Source of the DNA: a bacterium
GTDB taxonomy: Bacteria > Myxococcota_A > Bradymonadia > Bradymonadales > Bradymonadaceae
Length of the DNA stretch: 64,000 nt
NCBI GenBank assembly: GCA_030427705.1
Contig: JAUIBR010000002.1
Location: 156,631 to 220,630 of the forward strand
Direction: 5' to 3'
Shown: positions 46,704-54,368 of the stretch, piece by piece
How the letters are laid out: every line of letters starts with the position of its first letter
How positions within the stretch are numbered: the first letter of the stretch is position 1
The notes under the pieces: model-generated
The model's input: only the letters and a program-made list of their open reading frames with translations
Told to the model about the DNA's origin: nothing
The model's database searches: none
Made by a program: the position numbers and the translations under genes

Positions 46704-47220
46704 CCGTCATCACCAAGCGTTTTCCCTTGGAGATCTGGACCGATTTAAGCTTGGCATCTTGGTACTCCAACGAAGCACGATAGGTGTCTTGGCCGTCCAA
46801 GAATGAAAACCCAAGCAAGTGGAAACCTTCTTTCGAGACCGTAAGCGATGGAGTGGTCCCGTATCGAAATGCGAACGCATTACTGACAACCCGAACCTCG
46901 GATTTTGTCGGGTCCAAGAGTCCCTTCGCTTGTATGAGGTCAATAGGATTCGTCGCAACCAGGGCGATGAAAAGTGCCTTCAGCTCGCCTTTGGAGTCCT
47001 TTGTTGCGGACCGTTGGTCAGAGAGCATGACGCCATCTTTGCTGACGGTCGCGTTGAACTCCTTCAGTTCTTTCCCCATCGCGGTGACGACGAATTTGCC
47101 TTCAGGGAGCTGACGCGACGCCAAAGCGGCGCGCACCAGATCAAGCGGAGGCGGTGTTGCTTCGGCGGGCACTGCAAACAGCAATCCAAGCAACGTCAGA
47201 ATAAGCGCGCGTCTAGTCAC
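46690..47220 (-). CDS. Secreted protein, function unknown
   Basis: Signal MTRRALILTLLGLLFAVPAEA. Overlaps the galU stop by 8 nt, suggesting an operon. Confidence 0.45.
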   Translation of the reverse strand: MTRRALILTLLGLLFAVPAEATPPPLDLVRAALASRQLPEGKFVVTAMGKELKEFNATVSKDGVMLSDQRSATKDSKGELKALFIALVATNPIDLIQAKGLLDPTKSEVRVVSNAFAFRYGTTPSLTVSKEGFHLLGFSFLDGQDTYRASLEYQDAKLKSVQISKGKRLVMTVRVR

Positions 47221-48082
47221 AGATCTCGCGGAGGTAGGATTGGAGACGGTCTCGGAGTTCAGGTCGTTTCAAGCCAAAGGCGATGTTTGCCGTGATCAGG
47301 CCAATGCGGTCACCGATATCGTGACGTTCGCCTTCGAATTTGTAGCCAACGAGCGCTCGTTCCCGGGCAAGTCGAGCGAGTGCGTCCGTCAATTGAACTT
47401 CGCCCGTATCGTCGGCGCGAACGTCTTCAAGATAGTCGAAGATGATTGGAGGCAAGACGTAACGACCGATGACGGCCAGATTCGACGGCGCCTCTTCGAA
47501 CTGCGGTTTCTCAACCAGCATCCGAACGCGGTAGAGACCATCGCTCCATTCTTCGCCATCGACGATTCCGTAACGGTCGACCTCGTCGTCGGGCACCTCC
47601 ATCACGCTGACAACGCCCTGACCGTACTTTTCGTACACGTCCAACAACTGGCGTGCGCCGGGTACTTCGGCATCGATGATGTCGTCTGGCAACAGCACGA
47701 TAAACGGCTCGTCACCGACAACGTCCTTCGCGCAGAGGATCGCGTGCCCAAGTCCCAGAGGCTTCTTCTGACGAACCGCCACGGTACGAATCATCTCGCC
47801 GATGTTTCGGACAATCTCCAACTCTTGCGTCTTGCCGCGCTCTGCGAGGATCGACTCAAGTTCATAGGAGTAGTCGAAGTGGTCGGTGATCTGCCCTTTT
47901 CCGCGACTCGTGATGAAGATGACTTCTTCAATGCCCGACTTCACGCACTCCTGCACGATCACTTGGATGGCGGGAACGTCGACGATTGGCAGCAACTCTT
48001 TTGGTACTGACTTCGTCACCGGAAGTAGGCGAGTACCGAGACCTGCAACAGGTACGACAGCTTTTGTAACCTTCTTGGTCAT
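47213..48082 (-). CDS. galU: UTP--glucose-1-phosphate uridylyltransferase
   Basis: MTKKVTKAVVPVAGLGTRLLPVTKSVPKELLPIVD... is the canonical GalU N-terminus. VLPDD and EKP motifs are present. The longest ORF extends to 48136, but ATG 48082 matches the family start. Confidence 0.9.
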   Translation of the reverse strand: MTKKVTKAVVPVAGLGTRLLPVTKSVPKELLPIVDVPAIQVIVQECVKSGIEEVIFITSRGKGQITDHFDYSYELESILAERGKTQELEIVRNIGEMIRTVAVRQKKPLGLGHAILCAKDVVGDEPFIVLLPDDIIDAEVPGARQLLDVYEKYGQGVVSVMEVPDDEVDRYGIVDGEEWSDGLYRVRMLVEKPQFEEAPSNLAVIGRYVLPPIIFDYLEDVRADDTGEVQLTDALARLARERALVGYKFEGERHDIGDRIGLITANIAFGLKRPELRDRLQSYLREICD

Positions 48083-48208
48083 GATTCGTTTCCAAACATG
48101 GGTTGATGCCCTTTGTATTGGGTGCGCGATCCACACACAAGTAAAAGTGGGACTTGATCGCGCTAAAAAGGCACGACATTATATCCTACCAAGCTGATAG
48201 GAATTGAA

Positions 48209-48769
48209 ATGGAACATGTTTTTAAAGGTACGACAATCGCCCTGGTTCAGGGCGACATCACGACAGTCGAAGCCGATGCGATCGTGAACGCGGCAAACTC
48301 TTCGTTGATGGGCGGCGGTGGTGTCGACGGCGCCATACACCGAAAAGGTGGACCCACGATTTTGGACGAGTGTCGCGACTACGTTGCTGCTCACGGCAGC
48401 TTACCTACTGGCGAAGCGATGATCACAACGGGAGGCGACCTTCCCGCTAGCCATGTGATTCACACTGTTGGTCCGGTCTATCAAGGCGGGAAGCACGGCG
48501 AATTCGTGAAGCTTGAGCGCGCCTACACTCAGTCGCTGCTACTGGCGAAAGAACACGGGTTGAAAACTGTCGCGTTTCCATCCATCTCGACCGGCGCGTA
48601 TCGCTTTCCGATCGATGAAGCCGCCTACGTTGCGCTGAACACCTTGAAGCGGGTAATCGCCGAACACGAAGGCGCGTTTGATCGCCTTTCGATGGTGTTG
48701 TTCTCCCAAGCTGACTTTGACGTCTACGCCGCAACCTTCGACGAGGTCATCACGACGATGATGGGCTGA
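48209..48769 (+). CDS. Macro-domain protein (O-acetyl-ADP-ribose deacetylase, YmdB-like)
   Basis: IALVQGDITTVEADAIVNAANSSLMGGGGVDGAIHRKGG...AFPSISTGAYRFP carries the full macro-domain signature. Confidence 0.9.
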   Translation: MEHVFKGTTIALVQGDITTVEADAIVNAANSSLMGGGGVDGAIHRKGGPTILDECRDYVAAHGSLPTGEAMITTGGDLPASHVIHTVGPVYQGGKHGEFVKLERAYTQSLLLAKEHGLKTVAFPSISTGAYRFPIDEAAYVALNTLKRVIAEHEGAFDRLSMVLFSQADFDVYAATFDEVITTMMG

Positions 48770-51176
48770 TTCGCCGCTTCAGGAGCAGCGAATTCGTAAC
48801 CACACTGACACTCGAAAGCGCCATTGCACCAGCCGCCAACGCCGGCTGCAGAAGTCCCGCCGCGGCCACGGGGATCAACAACGTGTTGTAGAGAAACGCC
48901 CAGATCAGATTCTGTCTGATCTTCGAGTGGATCGCCTCGGACGCCTCGATTGCGCGCACAACCCCGTCCAAACTATCCGATAGCAGAATGATCGCGGCGC
49001 TTTGCTTGGCGAGGTCGGTCCCCTGCCCCATCGCGATGCCGATGTCGGCGCTTGCGAGCACTGGCGCATCATTGATTCCATCACCGATCATCGCGACGAC
49101 ATGACCATCACGCTGCAAGTCGGCTACGCGGTCAGCCTTGTCCTCGGGCAGCAAGCCACCGATGGCGCGCTCCAGCGAAACGCCGACCGCCTCGGCAGTG
49201 GCTTCGACCGCTTCCTGCCGGTCTCCGCTCATAATCCAAGTCTGGGCGCCTCGAGCTTGCAGGACGCGAAAAAGCTCATCAGCGCCAGGCCGTGCGGACG
49301 ACGAGTGTTGAATGATGAACGATCCTAAATATTGTTCATCAACTTCCAATCCAACCACAGTTTCCGAGGACACGCTATCGGTGCTCTGCCCCAGCCAGTC
49401 TAAGGATCCAAGTCGGACGACGGTGCCGTCGAGCTGTCCTTTCACGCCCTTGCCGACCACGGTTTCGACGTCAGTCACGTTGGGAAGTTCGAGGTCATCC
49501 GCGTCGGCCGCATCACGAATCGCGGCGGCGAGTGGATGAGACTGTTCCGCCTCCAGTGCAGCTGCAATCGCGAGCGCCCGCTTGGGCTCTTCGGAATCGA
49601 CTTTAGACACGACCGAGCGACCATGGGTGATGGTTCCCGTCTTGTCGAAGACGACGTCAGTGATTCGGCTAGTCTGCTCAAGCGTGGATGCGTCTCGAAT
49701 CAAAACCCCGCGTCGGGCGGCCTCGGACATTCCCACCATAATCGCCGTCGGTGTCGCCAAACCCAATGCGCATGGGCATGCGACAACCAAGACCGCAACG
49801 GCAGGGAGCACGGCGGCTGTGATATCGGACGTTGTGAAGTACCAGCCAACAAACGTCACAGCCGCGACCAAGATTACGATTGGCACAAATACACCCGAGA
49901 CCTTGTCCGCAAGGCGCTGCGCGTCGGCTTTGCCTTCCTGGGCCTGCGCGACACGCTGGGCAATCTGAGCCAGAACAGTCTGACGACCGGCATGGGTTAC
50001 CGTCAGCTCGAATGACTTACCGATATTCGTTGTTCCCGCGCGAACTTCGTCACCGATGTGCCGCACAACGGTATCTGCTTCGCCGGTCAGCATGGACTCA
50101 TTGAGATGCCCTTCCCCGGTGGTCACTGCGCCATCGGCGGGTACTGACTCCCCGTTTCGAACCTGAACGATATCGCCCGGTTCCAACGTGGCTGCATCAA
50201 CACGGGTCCACTCCCCGTCTTTTCGCAGGTGTGCCTGTTGCGGCGCCAGATCCAGAAGCGCTTCCATCGTCCGGCTCGCGCTCGCTTTGGACCGAGACTC
50301 AAGCCATTTACCGATGGAGATAAGGGTCAGGATCATCGCTGCGCCATCGAAGTAGACGTGCAGTTTCAAGTCCCCGACCACGACTATCATTGAGTATCCG
50401 AGCGCAACGGTCGCGCCCAGCGACACCAACGTATCCATATTGGCCGAAAAGTATCGCAACCCCCGCAATGCACCGATGTGAAATGGTTTGCCGACGTAGC
50501 CCCAAACCAAGAGCGTCAACGCCGCGAGCGCGAAATCAGGATAGCGAGACGTGAATGACCAACCAAACCACATCGGCCCCATTTGAAGCAGCAGGATGGG
50601 CAGCGTGAGCGCCAAACCGACAATCCACCGGGTCTTCCAGTGTTTCGCTTCTTCATCTCGCCGAGCGCTGATACGCGTCGAATCCGAATCGTCTTGGACC
50701 TTGGCTTCGTACCCGACGGCTTCGACCGCATCGATCACCGATTGCGGGTTGCCGCCTGATTCGTAGACGACGCTCGCGACCTCTGAAGCATAGTTGACGG
50801 AAACCTGCGCGACCCCAGGCGTCTTCTCGATGGCTGATTGAACTTTTGCAACGCACGACGCGCAGGTCATGCCTTGAATATCGAAGCGCTCATCCACATT
50901 GCTGAGCGGGGCAGCGGGCGTTTCGGCGGTTTCCGCCGATTCTTCCGCTTCGACCTTGGCCTCTTCGTCTTGGTCGAATGGCTCCAGCGACGCATCAAAC
51001 CCAGCCATTTCGATGGCATCGATGGCGTCCTCCAAAGACCCATCGCCGTCGACGTGTGCGAGATTCTTCTCTAACGAGACCTCGGCCTCGAAGCCTGCGT
51101 CCTTTAGGCTGCCTTCGACGCGTGACACGCACTTACCGCATGTCATCCCCTGAATATGAATTGTTTGCTGCATCAT
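48750..51176 (-). CDS. copA: Copper-translocating P1B-type ATPase with two N-terminal HMA domains
   Basis: Two GMTCxxC metal-binding sites (GMTCGKCV, GMTCASCV), CPC in the TM region, and DKTGTIT, GDGIND, TGE motifs. Confidence 0.9.
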   Translation of the reverse strand: MMQQTIHIQGMTCGKCVSRVEGSLKDAGFEAEVSLEKNLAHVDGDGSLEDAIDAIEMAGFDASLEPFDQDEEAKVEAEESAETAETPAAPLSNVDERFDIQGMTCASCVAKVQSAIEKTPGVAQVSVNYASEVASVVYESGGNPQSVIDAVEAVGYEAKVQDDSDSTRISARRDEEAKHWKTRWIVGLALTLPILLLQMGPMWFGWSFTSRYPDFALAALTLLVWGYVGKPFHIGALRGLRYFSANMDTLVSLGATVALGYSMIVVVGDLKLHVYFDGAAMILTLISIGKWLESRSKASASRTMEALLDLAPQQAHLRKDGEWTRVDAATLEPGDIVQVRNGESVPADGAVTTGEGHLNESMLTGEADTVVRHIGDEVRAGTTNIGKSFELTVTHAGRQTVLAQIAQRVAQAQEGKADAQRLADKVSGVFVPIVILVAAVTFVGWYFTTSDITAAVLPAVAVLVVACPCALGLATPTAIMVGMSEAARRGVLIRDASTLEQTSRITDVVFDKTGTITHGRSVVSKVDSEEPKRALAIAAALEAEQSHPLAAAIRDAADADDLELPNVTDVETVVGKGVKGQLDGTVVRLGSLDWLGQSTDSVSSETVVGLEVDEQYLGSFIIQHSSSARPGADELFRVLQARGAQTWIMSGDRQEAVEATAEAVGVSLERAIGGLLPEDKADRVADLQRDGHVVAMIGDGINDAPVLASADIGIAMGQGTDLAKQSAAIILLSDSLDGVVRAIEASEAIHSKIRQNLIWAFLYNTLLIPVAAAGLLQPALAAGAMALSSVSVVTNSLLLKRRISPSSS

Positions 51177-51228
51177 TCACCTCGCCAATTCGATGCTATG
51201 CGAGGGATGAAGGTCGCAGAATGGCGCG

Positions 51229-52176
51229 CTACTTCTTGCGCTTCTTACGGGCCTTGTGCTTCTTCTTTGGTTTCTGATCAGGATTTTCGTAAGCGTCTGC
51301 GCTGTCGAATTCCTCATCATCATCGTCCTCTTCATCGTCGTCGTTGGAGGCACTTCCCTCGGGTGGATCGTACTTAACCCATTCGACAGGCTCACGCTGC
51401 CGCACCAGGTTGGCGAAATACAATCCGATGAAGAAGAAGATAATCGACATGTATTGCGCTGGCGTAAGCCCGAAGTAGCGGGCATCGCCGCCCATTTCGG
51501 GGGTTGTGCGCAGGAAGTCGAAGAAGAAACGGGCCGGCGCATACATCAAAGCGACGAGTGCAACGAAGAACCCACGTGGCTTTGGTGACCGGTCGGCGAT
51601 AAGAACCGCGGCGACAATGAAAATCCACCAGATTGCCTCGTAGAGGCCAAGATCGTGGCGAATAACGCCATCGGTCCACTCAACACCCAAGAAGAAGTCG
51701 GTTTCAGCGCCTGGATGGTCGTGAACCGACGCGCAACCGAAGCGACCGAACATCCAGGAGAACGTAAGGCCGTATACGCCCAAACCGTCGACCCAGGCTC
51801 CGAGATCCTGCTCTTCGTGGACCAGCTTGTACAGGAATGCAGCGATGATGCCGCCCAGCAATCCGCCGTAGCTTGAGATCGAACCCCATACTTTGAACAA
51901 GATCGCGGGATCTTCCGCCAACTTTTCGGGCTCGTACATGACCACGTTGAACACGTGTGAAAAGCACCAGCCAAATACGACCAGCCAGATACCCCAGTTT
52001 TGGAAAGCCTCGCCTGAGATACCCATCTTCTCTTCGGCGCGCTTGCTGGTCATGTGGAACGTAATCAGCAGCCCGATGGCCACGAGGAGGCCAAAGGAGT
52101 GTATCTTCAGCGGTCCCCAAATTTCCCAGGGGCCGAACGTAAATAGGTCGTATGGAATCGCAGCCAGCAAGTTCAT
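51229..52176 (-). CDS. lgt: Prolipoprotein diacylglyceryl transferase (Lgt-like) with unusual acidic/basic C-terminal tail
   Basis: FKVWGSISSYGGLLGGIIAAFLY and FGRFGCASVHDHPG align to the Lgt WDGGMSFHGGLIG and GRLGNFINGE regions. It has about 7 TM helices. The tail is DDDEEDDDDEEFDSADAYENPDQKPKKKHKARKKRKK. Confidence 0.6.
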   Translation of the reverse strand: MNLLAAIPYDLFTFGPWEIWGPLKIHSFGLLVAIGLLITFHMTSKRAEEKMGISGEAFQNWGIWLVVFGWCFSHVFNVVMYEPEKLAEDPAILFKVWGSISSYGGLLGGIIAAFLYKLVHEEQDLGAWVDGLGVYGLTFSWMFGRFGCASVHDHPGAETDFFLGVEWTDGVIRHDLGLYEAIWWIFIVAAVLIADRSPKPRGFFVALVALMYAPARFFFDFLRTTPEMGGDARYFGLTPAQYMSIIFFFIGLYFANLVRQREPVEWVKYDPPEGSASNDDDEEDDDDEEFDSADAYENPDQKPKKKHKARKKRKK

Positions 52177-52261
52177 TCAATTTCTCCAGAACATGGCCAA
52201 AAGCCGGACGGGACGTTACATTGCAGCATGTTTCTGAGCAAGGTTCGGAACGAGTTGTAAA

Positions 52262-53296
52262 ATGTCCACCGTCCCTCCTGAGATAAACCGTTGGGTTGTC
52301 CTTCCGATTTCCGGTGGTCTCTGGGTGTGCCGAGACGACATGGGCATGATGAAGCCCGAGTTTCCGCTTACGTTGGAAACTGAGGACGACGCCATCCTGG
52401 AGAAACGCGAGGTCCCGGGCGTTCAAGATGTCGCGGTAAGTTCGACGTCGAGCTACGCGGCGGTCCGAAGTCAGGGCGGGAAGGCGTTGCACGTCTACCG
52501 ACTTGAGGAAGAGACCGGGACCCCCGTCCACATTGCGCTTCCAAGGGATATGGAGCGTGTCCGATCCGCGGCATTTTATGGTGATCGACTCTTTGTTGGT
52601 GGCCAACCTCAGACCAACCCTGCCACACGGCTTGGTTTTTTCGACCTGACCCAAAACAAGCCGCGGTTCACACCGTTAGACCTGCCCGACTCACTTGGGA
52701 TCGTGAACAAGCCGGTCGTAAAAGTGGTTGTTTCAGGCGACAAATTGTACGCGATCGATACGTCGTTTACGCCCAAGCTTGCGCTTGTTTACGACGTTAC
52801 GCGTGACGATCCGGAGCTCCTCATTCAAACCAGAATTCCGAGCGGCGTAGACGACAACGTGTTGGATATGGCGGTGGGTCGCAGCTATGCAGCCGTCCTC
52901 AGCGAAACACGCAGCAAGGAGGGCAAGGCATGGAAAATTGGTGTCTTCGATTCCCACACCTTCGACGAAATCGCCACGTTCTTCCATCGTGTGCAATGGT
53001 CTGACACGCTCGCCGTCCCCAGCCAGATCGAGGCGATGGACGACGTTTTCCTGTTGGCACACGGGCTTGAAGGATTGGGCGTGGCTCGGTTGCAGGACTC
53101 AGAGCCAACGTTGTTTCAGAAGTACTATCCGATCCAACCATGGAGCCATCCGTACCTGCCGCTGCACCGCATCAAGTATGTCCAACCGCTGGGTCCTGGT
53201 CGTGTGATTGGTCTGCAGCCGAACTCGATTTCAGGCAGCGTATTTTGCGTGATCAAACGGGGCTCGTACCTGTGGTGGGAAGAGATCAAGCTGTGA
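52262..53296 (+). CDS. Hypothetical 344-aa protein (beta-rich, possible propeller), translationally coupled to the Ntaq1-like gene
   Basis: No signal peptide. Repeated strand motifs (RLFVGG, KLYAID, YAAVLS, VFLLAHG). Stop TGA at 53294-53296 overlaps the downstream GTG (GTGA). Confidence 0.5.
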   Translation: MSTVPPEINRWVVLPISGGLWVCRDDMGMMKPEFPLTLETEDDAILEKREVPGVQDVAVSSTSSYAAVRSQGGKALHVYRLEEETGTPVHIALPRDMERVRSAAFYGDRLFVGGQPQTNPATRLGFFDLTQNKPRFTPLDLPDSLGIVNKPVVKVVVSGDKLYAIDTSFTPKLALVYDVTRDDPELLIQTRIPSGVDDNVLDMAVGRSYAAVLSETRSKEGKAWKIGVFDSHTFDEIATFFHRVQWSDTLAVPSQIEAMDDVFLLAHGLEGLGVARLQDSEPTLFQKYYPIQPWSHPYLPLHRIKYVQPLGPGRVIGLQPNSISGSVFCVIKRGSYLWWEEIKL

Positions 53297-53799
53297 GCTC
53301 GGCCCTCCCCTACACGCCGTATTTCTGTGAAGAGAACGCCTGGCATCGATGCAAGGCGGACGAGACGGGGCATGCGGTGTTTATCTCGAACGAGCTGCGT
53401 TGCTGTCCCATGTGGTCTCAGCGTGCAGCACCTGAAGGCGAGCCTGTGTTCTGGGACTACCATGTGATCTTTGTCGCGGCTGACGGGAAGGTTTGGGACC
53501 CCGATCACACCGGCGGCATGCCGGTGTCGTTGCAGGATTGGCTCTCGCACACCTTTCCGTTCTTCGAACAAACACGGCCCCCATACCTTCCGATGTTTCG
53601 CCCGATCGAGGCGCATACTTATGTCGAAGTCTTCGGATCCGACCGTTCGCACATGAAGGATGAGATGGGCGAGTGGCTGCAGACTCCGCCGGATTATCCG
53701 TGCATCGGCAGCGATATGACGCTGCCCAGGCTCTGGGATTCCAACGACCCTTGGCCGTCAGCGTGGGTCGACCTCACCGGACTGCTCAGCATCTTCTAA
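53293..53799 (+). CDS. Protein N-terminal glutamine amidohydrolase (Ntaq1/WDYHV1) homologue
   Basis: Trimmed from the 53140 ORF to GTG 53293. YFCEENAWHRC, AVFISNE, VFWDYHVIFV, FGSDRSHMKD and PPDYPCIG match human NTAQ1 blocks YCEENIWKLC, AVFISNE, VIWDYHVVLL, ASDRSHMKD and PPPYPCIE. Catalytic Cys and His are conserved. Confidence 0.75.
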   Translation: MSSALPYTPYFCEENAWHRCKADETGHAVFISNELRCCPMWSQRAAPEGEPVFWDYHVIFVAADGKVWDPDHTGGMPVSLQDWLSHTFPFFEQTRPPYLPMFRPIEAHTYVEVFGSDRSHMKDEMGEWLQTPPDYPCIGSDMTLPRLWDSNDPWPSAWVDLTGLLSIF

Positions 53800-54177
53800 A
53801 TGTTTGTCCACCATCTTATGTCGATGGACCTCTACCTGCCCGGCGTATGCGGCGAGGCCTGATGCTGGATCAACGATCTCGGGCAAGGTGTTCGTTGTTT
53901 CTTCGCTGCCGGACGCGGTGATCGTCATGCCTTCGAGGTCGATCTCCATCATCATCTCTTCCATGAGCATTTCGTGCTGCGAAGCCGTGTGAATACGCGG
54001 CAAACGGACCCGCCGACCACTCATATACCCAAAACCACCGCATCCACAGCCGCTGGTACCGATGCCGGACATCCCAAGGCTACCGTAAAACTCTTCGTCC
54101 GTTTGGTGGATGTCTTCATCCAGATATCCACAACCGATAAACAGCAGGCAGAGTGGTACAAGTAGCAGATGTCGCAT
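53758..54177 (-). CDS. Small Cys/Gly-rich lipoprotein
   Basis: ATG 54177 gives MRHLLLVPLCLLFIGC-GYLDED. The mature part carries SGCGCGGFGYMSG. Confidence 0.45.
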   Translation of the reverse strand: MRHLLLVPLCLLFIGCGYLDEDIHQTDEEFYGSLGMSGIGTSGCGCGGFGYMSGRRVRLPRIHTASQHEMLMEEMMMEIDLEGMTITASGSEETTNTLPEIVDPASGLAAYAGQVEVHRHKMVDKHLEDAEQSGEVDPR

Positions 54178-54368
54178 GGCTTCCTCGTCAAGTGGTTCTG
54201 CGGGGAAAGACAGCGTCCGAACCACAAAGTTCCGAGAAAAACCAAAATTTTTTTCACCCGTTTCGCGAGGTCGTCCGTAGTGGTTGAACATTATCGACGA
54301 TTCATTAGAATGCGTGCGCCATTCAGATGTATGCAAGCCCCCTACAAGGGCCGAGTTTAGGTTACACT

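Noticed and set aside
48209-48769. Macro domain + Sir2 as a linked ADP-ribose signalling/defence pair
   Set aside because: The two genes are ~45 kb apart and separated by many unrelated operons. Nothing in the sequence links them.
53140-53292. Upstream extension of the Ntaq1-like ORF overlapping the 344-aa gene by 150 nt
   Set aside because: The homology to Ntaq1 begins just after GTG 53293, and that GTG forms a GTGA coupling overlap with the upstream stop. The extension is an alternative-frame read of the upstream CDS.
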